Shown piece by piece: positions 1 through 11,206 of a stretch of 64,000 nt of DNA (positions within the stretch are counted from its first letter, which is position 1; every line of letters starts with the position of its first letter). The position numbers and the translations under genes are program-made. This DNA is from Chloropicon primus (taxonomy: Eukaryota). The stretch covers positions 310,001-374,000 of the forward strand of contig CP060767.1 in NCBI GenBank assembly GCA_023205875.1, in the 5' to 3' direction. Under the pieces are notes generated by a model. That model did not search any database, was not told the origin of the DNA, and saw only the letters and a list, made by a program, of their open reading frames with translations.

Positions 1-234
1 GTGCCACAGGAACACCACAAGCGCCAACTTGGCCTCGTAATACAGCGGAACCCAAAACAAGAACTGGTCCGTCAAGTTCTGTGCGAACGTCGCCAGACCG
101 ATGATCGTCCAATACCTGCACCACATCTTCAGCTGCTCAGGCTTTCCTATCTCCACAGCCTTGAAGCAAGCGTACGCGGGGTACACGTACCCCAGGACGA
201 GGATAAGCACGGACGACACGTGTGAACCAAGCAT
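1..234 (-). CDS. HVA22: HVA22/REEP (TB2/DP1) family ER-shaping protein, 5' part; continues beyond window start
   Basis: Absent from the ORF track. Manual minus-strand translation from ATG at 234 gives MLGSHVSSVLILVLGYVYPAYACFKAVEIGKPEQLKMWCRYWTIIGLATFAQNLTDQFLFWVPLYYEAKLALVVFLWH, with the family hallmarks GYxYPAYxxFK, WxxYW and WxPxYxEAK. Confidence 0.9.
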   Translation of the reverse strand, partial: MLGSHVSSVLILVLGYVYPAYACFKAVEIGKPEQLKMWCRYWTIIGLATFAQNLTDQFLFWVPLYYEAKLALVVFLWH

Positions 235-1087
235 GGCGATGCCAATGACGATGCTGGTGCTGATGCTGGTCCCCTTCGTCCTCCTCTCTGGTTTGGCGGT
301 CACTCGACTGGGCCACCTGGTCACTCGAAGGACACAAGAGACAAGAACCCAAGCAAGCCTTCGTGCGTTGAATCGAAAGCGGACCGAAACACGACGTCGT
401 CGGTTACACGATCAGATACTTCGTAACGTCCACACGCACACGAACACGCACGCACGCACGCTCTCTCTCTCTCTCTCTCTCGTCCGTTCCTCTGTCCACG
501 ACGCGATGCCCAAACGAAAAAAGAGAGTTGGCGATTTCAGTCGTCCGCAACATGCTGATCCGAGGGCCATTCGTCGCGATGAAGGATTCTTTTGAAAGAG
601 GAAGAGGCGGACGTTACGATTCTTTCGCTCACCTTCCACCAACAAAACGTCGAAAGATGTACAAAAGAAACAAAAGAGATGCTCACCTCTCTCCGCTGTT
701 CGCGTCGCGCGCTCCGCGTTCCTCGTCTGTCGCTCCTTCGTTTACACTCATCTAGGAATGAGTGTAATGGAGTTTCAGTTTTTTTTGAAAGTTTTCCCAG
801 AGTCAAAGGTAGGCACGCTTGGGGCTTTGGAGGTGAAGGTAAGGGTCTTGGGCGATGCATTTGACCCCGAGGTCGTGAGGTGAAAGGATTGAGAGGCGTG
901 TTGGACGAAAGAACTTGTCGTGAGGTTTCCAAAGAGCCTTTGGTCGAAGAATTTGGTCCAGAACTGAGAGACTGAGACCCTTTCACCTTGTCCTTGGTGT
1001 ACCTTGGTTTGGGGGCCTGTGTGTGGTCCAAGGTGGTCCAAGGTGTAGTCTTTGGAGGGTTAAGCGTCGGCTGAAGGGAGGGGGAGG

Positions 1088-1428
1088 ATGTCCATGGAGG
1101 CCGAGTACGAGAGGACCAGGGACAAGGCCCGGGCATACCTCTCAGCCATCGAAGAGCTCACACTATTTCGAGAACAAGTGTCTCAAAGCACAGAGGAGGG
1201 AAAGGAGGGACTGGAGAATGCTTTGGAGGTAAGTGAGCCCAGCCATTCACCACCGTCACTACGATCACCGTCTATGCGTCCTTCTCTCTCCTCATTCAGC
1301 ACAAAGTGAGTGTGTGAGTTTGAGTGAGGGCTCCTCTTCTCTCGGGAAGGAGGGGGACGAGACCTTGGTATTATGATTCCAACCATCCAAGCAGCAGGTG
1401 CTGCTGCTGCACCTCCTCCACCACCATC

Positions 1429-1481
<53 letters not shown>

Positions 1482-4400
1482 TGTCTGTGTGTGTGTGTGT
1501 GTTTGTGATGGAGAAGGTCGCTGTCACTGCTAGTAGCAAGTATGGGAAGAGCTTCACAGACTCACCACATGACTTTCGTTTCCTCCACCACCAACTCCTT
1601 CCTCGGGCAGGTTGCCATAGAACGCCTGAATGGCAAGTTCCACGACGTGGCCGGGGAGCTGGCTCACCGGATGAAAGAGATCGGGACTCATGGAGACTCG
1701 ATGAACCGGCGGTTGAAGCAGCAGGCTGACTTGTACTTCAGCTCCCGGGGTCCCTCCCAGGCTCTCAAGGCCGAGATAGAGGGGGAGTACTTGGAGTCCA
1801 AGCAAAGGAAGCCGAACGAGGAGCCCGAGAACGCGAGAATGGTTGGCAAGGGGCCCGACATGATGAGCGCGAGGCACAAGAACCCAGAACCCAAGAAGGT
1901 GTTGAAAAAGACCAGGGAGGACCTTGAGGAGAAGTTCGTGAACGATTTCAGCAAGCTTTCCATGTCCGAGCTGGACAAGGGCGTGATGAATATGCTGATC
2001 CGTGGTTTGATTCCTCGGGATGTTGACCTCGGCAAGGCGTTCGACTCGGACTTCTTCACGACGATGGGAATCACCCCAGCAAAGTACACGGACCTGAAGA
2101 ACTCGAAGCAGATCCTTCAGGACTACGTGGAGAGCATGGTGAGGGAGGAGCAAGTGTTCGGCGCCAAGCTGCACGAGGTGACTATGGGAGCTCAGAAGAA
2201 GATGGCTCTCGAGAGGGAGAGGTTCCTCAAGTACGGCGACGCGAACATGGATGTGAAGAAGAGGTACACCACCAAGTTCTTGGATCCGGTCAAGCTCTTG
2301 CCGACCAAAAGGAGGAGCATGGCTTCCGTCGGGGAGGAAGGCGATAATGGCGGCAAGACCGTGAACGAGGAGGATCAGTTCTTCGTCCAGCACAGGACAT
2401 TCAGGAAGGCTTACCAGACCTCAATCGCCACAATTGGTGACGGGTACCTCCCCCTCCTGCAGTACAAGTTCCTGAGGACGATGCCCGATTTCAGGCTGTT
2501 CAAAGCGAAGAACTCTTTGAACTGGCGCAAGATCGACGGCTTCCTGCCACGCGTCTGCCAGTTCTGCAAGGAGAAGAGCATCTTCCTGGCAGCGGTGCCG
2601 TACAGGAAGCTCTCTCAGTTCGCGGTGAGGTCCCAGCAAGTGTCTGACTTGGAGCTGAACGAGATCATCGTGAACTTGTACGACTTGTACCAGGAGCTTC
2701 AGAACGAGAAGTCGGCGACGCAGATCCAGGCGGCCTTCAAGGGATACATGGTGAGGAAGAAGCATCCGAACAAGGCCATGATCAAGTCGATCTGGACGAT
2801 CCAGGCTTTCATCAGGAAGAAGGCTCTGAGGAAGAAGTTCCAGGAGCTGTTGCACGAGAAGAGGCTGAGGATCACCAAAGAGGTGGGCAAGCTGCAGTCC
2901 GACCTCAGGAAGAACTGGAAGTACTACAGCCACTCCACCAAACTGATCGTCCACATACCGAGCCTGTCCCTGAGCCAGGAGCAGAGGATCACCTCGGAGC
3001 ATTTTCTGACGAGGCAGTTCAGCCAGTTGACGAGGCTGTGCGACTTGAGGAACCCGCAGGTCTCCCTCATCCTGATCTCTCCGTTGCAGATCCCGCAGGA
3101 TCTCCTGGGGTACTTTCTGTCCATCATGCGCGTGCGAGGGGTGAAGGACCCAAAGCTTCGGCTCAAGGTGATCGTCCCGGAGAACTTGCACCGACTTCCC
3201 GGCCACTTCTCTCTGGCTCAGGCCCTGCTGGCGTCCCCAACGGCTTACAAGCGGTTAGAAATCGCCGTCCAGGGTCAACGGGCGTACATGCTGCCGCACA
3301 GGGTGGGCAGAGACGAGCAAGAGCTTTCCGTGTCCCTCAAGATGCCCATCTTGGGGCCAACCTTTGAGTGCTGCGAGCACTACTCGACCAAAATCGGCGC
3401 CAGGTCACTGTTTCAGGAGGCTGACATGAACGTCGCTCCGGGCGCCAGCATTCAGCCGTCGTATAACACGCAGGGGGGGGGCAGCAAGCAGAGAGAGATT
3501 GCGGCAAAGCTCGTGAATCTGATCAAGGAGAACCCCTTCGTGCGCAAGTGGATCTTCAAAGTGAGCGACGAGTACGACTCGAGGGGGCACGCCTCGCTGG
3601 ATCTGAAGAAGGTGGGGCCCCTGGATGATGTGGCCAAGCGGGTGGAGAACGTCATCTCCCCTCAAGATCCAAACAGCGTGGAGAAGATCATCAGCCTGCT
3701 GGAGGACGAGCTGCTGAACGAGTACGTCGTGATCCACAACACGGAGGTCTACCCGACCTGGGAGACTTACGCCAATCAGTTCAGAAAGGTCGGTGGCGTA
3801 ATCGAGGCGTTTCCCGAGTGGGTGGTGGGCTCGCCGAGCGCGAACGTTTTCATCGATCCTCTCGGGAACGTTTCGATCCAGTCGACGCACGAGCAGATCT
3901 TCGCGCAGGATTTTACCTTCGTGGGCGCCAGCTTCCCTCAGAGCTCCGTGCCTCACCTCCCACTGACCCAAGCCACGATCGCGATTGCGAAAAAGTGCTA
4001 CGAGAAGGGCATCGTCGGTTACTTTGGCATCGACTTTGTGGCCTTGAGGCAAGAGGGGTTCCTCAAGATCTGGGCGGTGGACCTGAACCTCCACATGACA
4101 AAGACTCAGCTCTCGTTCCAGTTCTTCGACCTGTTGTCCGGCGGATCGTTCAACGCGGAAAGTGGCATGTACTTGATGCCCTACGGGATCTCTTACAGTG
4201 CTGACCAGAGCAAGAGCGAGCCTCACATGAGCGAGACTTCGACTGCGATGTCAAATTACGGCAGCAGGAGGTGCTACGTCATGACAGACTTCGTGTCGAG
4301 CTCCAGGTTCGAGGGCCTGCAGCTGAAAACGTTTTTCAAAGATTGCAGGAACCTTGGCTTGACCTACGACATCGGCGAGTGCACCGGCACGGCGTTCAAC

Positions 4401-4637
4401 GTCATCGATACCATCTCCGCGGGAGTCTTGTCGATCTTCTCGGCCGGTTTCACGATGGTGGATGCCATGAAGGAAGCGAGCAGGACGCTGAGCGTCTTGG
4501 CTAGGAGGTTTGGACAGAACGTCTCGAGGGGAGGTGGGAAGGACAGCGAGTCGTTCCACAGGATCTCCTCCACCTTGAGGTTCATCGCCGACAAGCTCAG
4601 GAATCCTGAACCTTCGGACGGGGACTACTTGCAGTAA
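1088..4637 (+). CDS. IQCH: IQ-domain-containing protein H-like (IQ motifs plus C-terminal ATP-grasp-like region); exons 1088-1228 and 1611-4637
   Basis: IQ motifs ATQIQAAFKGYMVRK and IWTIQAFIRKK. IQCH-like blocks IVHIPSLS, QLTRLCDL, GGVIEAFP, SPSANVFIDPLG and GYFGIDFV..WAVDLN. Donor GAG|GTAAGT at 1229 and acceptor CAG| at 1610 keep the frame. Confidence 0.8.
1432..1507. repeat. Compound (CT)n(GT)n microsatellite in IQCH intron 1
   Basis: Directly visible CT run followed by a GT run. Confidence 0.95.
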
Positions 4638-4957
4638 CTCGCTCGTGGGAGTGATCAACCAGCCAGCCCGCTTCTTTTGGTGGAAAGCGGGGAGTGTTAA
4701 AGTAAAGTGTATATATAAAAACAATTGAGTTGAGTTTCGACGGAGGAGAAGAAACACACACACACACGAGGTGGGTGCCCAATCCCCCCCCCCACCCCAC
4801 CACACGGTTCTTTCAAGACAAGGCGGAAGCAAGAGGGAGAGAGGAATTCCTCCTCCCTTGCGTTGCCATGAGAGAGGGCGAGCGAGGGAGGTGTCAAGCT
4901 CACTTGCGGCTCCTCGCTTGGGTCTGCTCCTCAATATAAACGCGAAGCCTCTCCTCC

Positions 4958-5110
4958 ATGTTTATGACACCAACGCCGAAGCCGGCGCCTACGAGGCCTG
5001 CTATGCCATGCTCCCACGGTTCTGCACATCAATCAGGAAACAGAAACAGAGAGAGAGAGAGAGAATGAAATGGAATGAATTGTCAGAGACCTGGTTCACG
5101 ACTCCATGCC

Positions 5111-5145
<35 letters not shown>

Positions 5146-5536
5146 CGTCGTCGTCCCTTGTCCCTAGAGAGAGAGAGAGAGAGGAGCACCTGATGCACAC
5201 GACGCGGGAGCAAAGCGATGGCCGTGGAGGAAGGAGGGAGGAAGCTTCTCCCTCGCGTTCCTCCTCCGCTTGCACCACGGTCACGCCCCTGGCCATGCTC
5301 CCACTTTCCACTTCATTCATGCCTTTCCCTTTCGTTTCAAAGGTCATGCGACGACTCATTCGAAAGCTCGTGAGGCAGCGGGTCACTTACTTCGCAGTAC
5401 CGGCAGCCTCCTGACCGCGTTTGAGTACACTTGCGTCATGAAACCCAAGGCTCCGCCGAAGAGTGCTGCGGAGGCGCCCATCTTGAATGATCAATTGAAC
5501 CCTAATATTTACGGCGGGATATCGGTATCGGTGTAA
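4958..5536 (+). CDS. Candidate small (84 aa) hypothetical protein; exons 4958-5018 and 5343-5536
   Basis: Splicing CACG|GT (5019) to a pyrimidine-rich AAG| acceptor (5342) gives 255 nt in frame: MFMTPTPKPAPTRPAMPCSHG/HATTHSKAREAAGHLLRSTG...NPNIYGGISVSV*. The putative intron is microsatellite-filled. The donor is weak and no homology was recognised. Confidence 0.3.
5110..5146. repeat. (CAA)n microsatellite
   Basis: Perfect CAA run of about 12 units. Confidence 0.95.
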
Positions 5537-6583
5537 AGGAGAGAGAGAGAGAGAGAGAGAGGAGGACGATGTGGAAGAAGTTGATGTGTTGTGACGAGTA
5601 GCATCCGATCATTGTCATTGCCATTCTCGCGATCAGGATTCTCCCCGCTCTCCCTTTCTTTCTTTCTTTCTTTTTTTTTTGGACTTCAACCAACACTTTT
5701 TCTGCCAAAAACAACAGAGACACTCCCTCTTCTTCTTAACAGCAAGAGCCACCCTCTCGTTTGGTTGTGGCAAGGGTCATCGGTTCCTTCCAGCCCTTCA
5801 CCCGTTCCTTTGATCCATCAATCCTTCTGCAAGGTGGACCAGTGAGAGTGAGATATCATCATCATCATCGTCATCATCACCTCTCTGTCTGTCTCTCTCA
5901 GAAGTCTGCAAGGCAACCGAGTAAAGACATCTCCCTCCTCCCTCGATCATCAAAGGAAAGGATTCAAAAATTACTTGTCACAGCCACAGGAGGGAGAGTG
6001 GACGAGGGAGAAAGAGGCGGTCTTTCGGAGAGGAAACGCTTCGATAATTGGCTGAAGGCTCAAACCAACGAATTATTCGTCTCCTCCTCTTTCGAACGAG
6101 CCCTCGCTTGTCGTCACGGCGTCACTGGGTCGCCATTGCGAGGAGGGACCACGAGGGAGGAAAGCGAACGAGGAAAAGAAAACGAGGCACGCGATTAAAG
6201 TGAATTCCGCTCGAGGGAAGTGCGAGGACGCGGTCGAGGGCCAGGTGAAGAGAACAACGGTGTCGAGACCTTTCCATTGATTGGTCGGTTGACCCATTTG
6301 GCTTCCGGATTGTTTGAGGTTGTCGTGAAGAAGGGCCGCCTGGAGGGGTTTGGACTCGAAAGAGAGCACCTTGGAGGAGGAGAGTTTGGACGAGGAAGGC
6401 GAAGGTGTAAGAGGTCGGGAGGGACGCCAATCGAAAGCAGGAACTCAAAATATTTCCGACGACACCAAATTCGTTCGGGTTTCGTCTCAAGGAAGCGCAT
6501 CCCTTCCACAACATCATCACTATCACCACCACCACCATCATCACAGCGAGAGGCAGGAGGACACGAGTAGAGGCATCATCGTC

Positions 6584-8068
6584 ATGGCGAGGAGGGGCGT
6601 TCTCAATCGTCTGAGCGGAAGCGAAGTAAACGCCAGGCAGAGGACGGCGGATGCTCCTTCGATCCTCAAACCCTTCGCGCAGGAAGGAAGAGGAAGAAAA
6701 TCTTCATCATCAACGACGACGACGACGACGACGAGGAAGTCATCCAGGAGGAAGGCGTACAATCCGACGATGGCTCACCAGCCTCTGGGGAAGGGGAACT
6801 GGCTGAGGGGAGACCACCACCTTGGGGCGAGCACGGCGTACGAGGCTTGGAGAGGTGGCCCGGCGAGGCGAGGGAGCGGGGGCGACGACGACGGTGGCCG
6901 AGGCGTGGGTGATGCTTGCTTGGAGTGCGAGGAGGTGGAGGGGTACTGTGTGGATGGTGGCGCGATTGAGGAGGGGCGCACTTACAACCCGGAGGAGGTG
7001 GACAACTTGGTTTCCCTCATCACCGAGGAAGAGGAGGAGCTCACCGTGTCCTCCTCGGACGATGCCGCGTCCAACGGTGCGGAGGAGGACCTCGCGAGGG
7101 ACTCGGCGCCTCTGAGCTCGAGCAGACAGTACCGCAGGAACCCTCTGAACGACGCGGGGGAAGGGACTGATGGCGCGGTTATTGGCGACGAAGACGCATT
7201 GCAACAACAGGCCACGGCGAACAAGCAAGTCGAGAGCGTGTTTGGTGACTGCGGCTCGTTCGAGCTGGAGCTGAGCGCGAGCTCCCACATGGTCGTGGTG
7301 GACAGGGTGGTGCAACTTGAGCTGGAGAAGGAAAAGGCAGCGAGGAGGCTGAAGGACTGGGCCTCTTGCGCGGGCGAGCTGCGGACCCTGTTCGAAAGCA
7401 AATCGAAAGAGTGCGAGGTGAAGGACAAGCTCATCTCGGATTTGACGAGCCGCTTGACCACGGAGGTCGAGAAGAAGAACGACGAGATTGCTTCCCTGAG
7501 GAAAGCACTTTGCCAGCAAAAGGAAGAGAGCGACAAAGTCGCCAAGGGTCTCAAGGAGGACGTCGTTCTCAAGGAGGAACTCCTCAAGGACTCGAAAGAG
7601 CATTGCAGGCAACTGAGGAGCGCTCTGATGGACGCCGAGCTGGAGCTCGACAGGCAACAGAAAGCGCTGACGCCTGGCGGCGTCGGGGGTGCGGAGGGGC
7701 AATCCACAAGCGGTTCCGACCCTGCGTTGCTCGAGGGATCAAACGCCGGCCCGAATCACGAGGAAACGAAGCAGCGCCTGGACGCCCTGTCGAAGAAGGA
7801 CGAGCGGATAATGAAGCAAGAGTTCGAGCTGCAGAGGAGCAGGGTGGTCGTGTACCAGCAGAGGCAGCAGATCCAGAGTCTAACCGCGGAGTTGAGCCGC
7901 TTGCATAATCAGAGCGTGACGCTTCCAGGGTCAGGGCAGCAGGAGGAGGAGAAGGGGCGACTCATGAAGGAGCTGGCGCATCAGATCGAAGAGGGTTCGC
8001 GGGAAATCAAGATCATCCAGAACCAGCTCCTGTCGACCGGCGCAACAGACTTCTCGAGCGAGGATTGA
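6584..8068 (+). CDS. Hypothetical protein with disordered N-half and C-terminal coiled coil
   Basis: Long ORF with coding-like GC3 bias and heptad-rich E/K/L/Q segments. The first ATG in the ORF (6584, MARRGVL) is taken as start. Confidence 0.7.
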   Translation: MARRGVLNRLSGSEVNARQRTADAPSILKPFAQEGRGRKSSSSTTTTTTTRKSSRRKAYNPTMAHQPLGKGNWLRGDHHLGASTAYEAWRGGPARRGSGGDDDGGRGVGDACLECEEVEGYCVDGGAIEEGRTYNPEEVDNLVSLITEEEEELTVSSSDDAASNGAEEDLARDSAPLSSSRQYRRNPLNDAGEGTDGAVIGDEDALQQQATANKQVESVFGDCGSFELELSASSHMVVVDRVVQLELEKEKAARRLKDWASCAGELRTLFESKSKECEVKDKLISDLTSRLTTEVEKKNDEIASLRKALCQQKEESDKVAKGLKEDVVLKEELLKDSKEHCRQLRSALMDAELELDRQQKALTPGGVGGAEGQSTSGSDPALLEGSNAGPNHEETKQRLDALSKKDERIMKQEFELQRSRVVVYQQRQQIQSLTAELSRLHNQSVTLPGSGQQEEEKGRLMKELAHQIEEGSREIKIIQNQLLSTGATDFSSED

Positions 8069-8149
8069 CAGTCGCCAAACTCTGCGTGTCATTTGGGTAG
8101 ATAATTTATTCCGTTGTTAATTTACAGAGTCAAGCACCGATGTGCAGAG

Positions 8150-9009
8150 TCACGGAAACGAATCCAAGCTATCTTCCTCCTCGTCAGAGCTCTCCTCAAC
8201 CTCTACCACGTCCCTCGTCTCAAAGAATTTTCTTCCCGTCAGTTTGTGCTCGTTCTCGTCCACCTTCTTCCCCATTTTCTCTTCCATCTCTTTGTCGAAC
8301 TTCTCCTTCCAAGCAGCAAAAGTCTCCGGCGTCACGGGCGTTCCCTCAGCCCTTTGCCTCGCCCTCTCCTCCTCCTCCTCCTGCTCCTTCCTCTTCTTCT
8401 TCTCCTCCTCGTCCTCGATCACGTCGTTCATTCCCATCTTGTTCTGCATCCAGTCCTTGGCCTCGGTGCACAGCTCGTATATCATGGACATCCCAAGGCA
8501 TTCGTCCACCTTCTCCCCCAGCATCGCGGTCAGCTTGTCCAAGTCCGACACAGTCAGGCTGCTCATGCTCTCCAGCTTCAGGAAGGGCGGCTCGTCCGGG
8601 TACTTCTCGGTATGCGCGAACACGAGTCCAAGCACTTGAAGGCCAACGAGAGGAAGGGTTCAAGTGCAGAAAGGAATGCAAGATCAAACCAAGGGAAACT
8701 GGTCAGTCAGCACACTGCGATTGCTCCCACCCCACACACTCCCAAAGGCAAAGGGTCTGTTCCCCACCTCCCCACGCCTAGCCTACGTAGGTCTCCTTGC
8801 TCCTCACCTGGCGGGAAAGTGTTGGGCTCAGCGTCCTCCACAGCCTCCACTTTGATCCGATAGCACTTTCCAGTGATGCCAACATCGTCAAGCCTCAACT
8901 CCTCCCTGTCGGCGTCACTCAACTCAACAATGTCGTCCATCAAGATCGCCTGCAAGGCTTCCAACTCCATCTCTTGCTCCATGTCATACTCCTCCTGCTC
9001 TCGCGCCAT
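8150..9009 (-). CDS. RWDD1: RWD-domain protein (RWDD1/Gir2/DFRP2); exons 9009-8808 and 8634-8150
   Basis: EQEMELEALQAI, YPDEPP, LGMSMIY, GTPVTPETFAAWK and KLTGRKFF motifs. GTGAG..AAG intron joins the two ORFs in frame. Confidence 0.9.
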
Positions 9010-9671
9010 CCTCCTCGTGGGATGAACAAAAGACACGCCGGCGAGCGTTACGATTCCCTCCAAGCGTTACGAGAACGAAGAAAACTTTCAAGCAGATAGG
9101 GAATAGGAATAGGGTCGACGAAGAGAGAGCAGAGAGAGAGAGCAGAGAAAAACATGTTAATCAGCAGAACATCCTCGTCAGGACGGCATCTTTTTCGTGA
9201 GGACACTCATTCGAACGAGCGCAAGATTCTCTTTCCATCGATGTCTCCTTCTCCCGCTACGATTCTCTTCGATGTCTTCGGCGTCGCGTTGAAGTTGAAG
9301 TTCCCGAACTCACCCTCGCCTTCTGTTGGTGGTTTTCCGCTACTGGTGGTTTTCCCAGTGTCTGCCTATTTGGTTCACACCCCAAAGTGCAATCCAACCC
9401 TCGACGAGGATGAGATGAAGTGAGGGCGTGATAAGGGATGTCGAGACAGCGCCATGAGGACCCGGGCGGGGGTATATGCCCTAGCGCGCCCGTGCAATAA
9501 GGGAGAAAGCAAGGACCGTCGGCGCACACTACCACAAGCTAAGATCGATCTGATCTATCAAGAGTTTTCTTTTTTGCTTTTCCGCCGAGCTTTCTCTAGA
9601 AGCTTTAGTCTCGAGGACAGCAGACGGCGAAGTTGACGACGCAGGGGACGAGGACGGAGGGTGAAGTGGAG

Positions 9672-9921
9672 AAGGAGGGAACTGGACGGAAGATCTGCTC
9701 GCGATCTTTCCAACGAGCCCTCACTCGACCCATTTGGTGCTCGGATTGGTCGAGGGATCGACTGAGAGGACAGAAAAGGGAAGGGAAAAGTGCCCGAGTG
9801 ACCCACCTTGTTGAGGACGGTGACGGCGAGGACGGAAACGAAAGGAGGAGAGGAGGGTATCAGACGAAGGTGTGACTGGAGATCTTTCCATCGGCGGATC
9901 GCACGCTTCGTTTGACTCCAG
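9672..9921 (+). repeat. Dispersed ~250-bp upstream element, copy A (directly before the BASS ATG)
   Basis: Colinear similarity to 29106-29355, including a 45-nt identical core (9780-9824 = 29214-29258). Confidence 0.85.
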
Positions 9922-11106
9922 ATGACGACGAGCGTTACTTTTGGTCTGGGGGCCTCGCCGATGCTTTCTCGGCGGCAGGTTGTGCAGAGGTCGAGATGCA
10001 GAGCCGAGGTGGTTCAGCGCAGAGTTCCGGCTATGGAGAGGAGCACCTCAGTAGCAGGGGAGGTGTTGTCTGTGCCTCGCGGGGTCGCGGTCTTCGGGCA
10101 TCGGGCGAGGGCTTGGGCACCTCGGGCAGCATCCAACGATGCCTCGGAGAGCGGGTCGCCGTCGGTTCTGACCCTTGCCACAAACCTCTTCCCCGTGTGG
10201 GTCCTCTTGGCATGTATGCTGGCGGTCTGGAGACCTCTTTGGTTCAGTTGGTTCAAGGGAGATCCCTTCATGTTCGGCTTGTCTTCCACCATGTTGGGCA
10301 TGGGGCTGACGCTGACGCTGGAGGACGTGAAACGCGCTCTGATGCGCCTCACGGATGTCTCAAGGGGCTGCCTTCTCCAGTACACGGTCATGCCCGTCTT
10401 GGGGTATCTCGTGAGCAGAATCTTCCAGCTTCCGAAAGCCTTTGCCGTGGGCGTTGTCCTGGTAGCTTGCTGTCCAGGAGGCACGTCCTCGAACATCGTG
10501 AGCTACCTCGCGAGGGCCGACGTCCCTCTTTCTGTGATGATGACGACCCTGTCCACTGCCGGTGCAGTGTTCATGACGCCCTTGCTCACCAAGTTGTTTG
10601 CGGGAGCCTTGGTGCCCGTGAACGCGGGCGCGATGCTCTGGAGCACCGCCCAGATCGTGCTCCTACCCGTCCTCGTCGGCGCCTTGGCGAACACCTCCTT
10701 CCCGAAAACGACCGCCAAGGTGGCGAGGTGCACACCTGTCTACGCGGTTCTGATGGTCGCCCTGCTCTGCGCCTCGGTCGTGGCGAGGAATGCGAGCACG
10801 ATAATCTCGGCCGGTCCAGTCCTGTTCATGGCGCTGGTGGCCTTGCACTCTGGTGGCTTTCTGCTCGGTTACGCAATGACCAAGTTGACGGGGGGACAAG
10901 AAAAGGTGGCTCGGACGACCTCCATCGAAGTCGGCATGCAGAACAGCGCCTTGGGTTGTGTCCTGGCGACTCTACACTTCTCGGACCCAATGACTGCAGC
11001 TCCTGCAGCGATCTCTGCCTGCATTCACTCCGTAATCGGATCCACCATCGCGGGGCTTTGGCGGGCCACCGACCACGCGCGAGAGGCAAGACACACGCGG
11101 GAGTGA
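9922..11106 (+). CDS. BASS: Bile acid:sodium symporter (BASS) family metabolite transporter, probably plastid-targeted
   Basis: MLGMGLTL, LQYTVMP, CCPGGTSSN and SIEVGMQNSALG motifs, multiple TM helices and an Arg/Ser/Ala-rich transit-like N-terminus. Confidence 0.92.
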   Translation: MTTSVTFGLGASPMLSRRQVVQRSRCRAEVVQRRVPAMERSTSVAGEVLSVPRGVAVFGHRARAWAPRAASNDASESGSPSVLTLATNLFPVWVLLACMLAVWRPLWFSWFKGDPFMFGLSSTMLGMGLTLTLEDVKRALMRLTDVSRGCLLQYTVMPVLGYLVSRIFQLPKAFAVGVVLVACCPGGTSSNIVSYLARADVPLSVMMTTLSTAGAVFMTPLLTKLFAGALVPVNAGAMLWSTAQIVLLPVLVGALANTSFPKTTAKVARCTPVYAVLMVALLCASVVARNASTIISAGPVLFMALVALHSGGFLLGYAMTKLTGGQEKVARTTSIEVGMQNSALGCVLATLHFSDPMTAAPAAISACIHSVIGSTIAGLWRATDHAREARHTRE

Positions 11107-11206
11107 GTGAGGCCTCGGCCGAACTTGTGTAAAACTAGTTTTGTAGATGAAAAGAAAAGTTTTGATGAAATGGTTGGGTCAAAGCCAGGCAGAGAGAAAA
11201 GACGTT

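Noticed and set aside
9405..9555. Possible C/D snoRNA or structured RNA (ATGAGGA...CTGA, GGGC..GCCC hairpin)
   Set aside because: The boxes are imperfect, with no terminal stem, no internal C'/D' pair and no recognisable guide.
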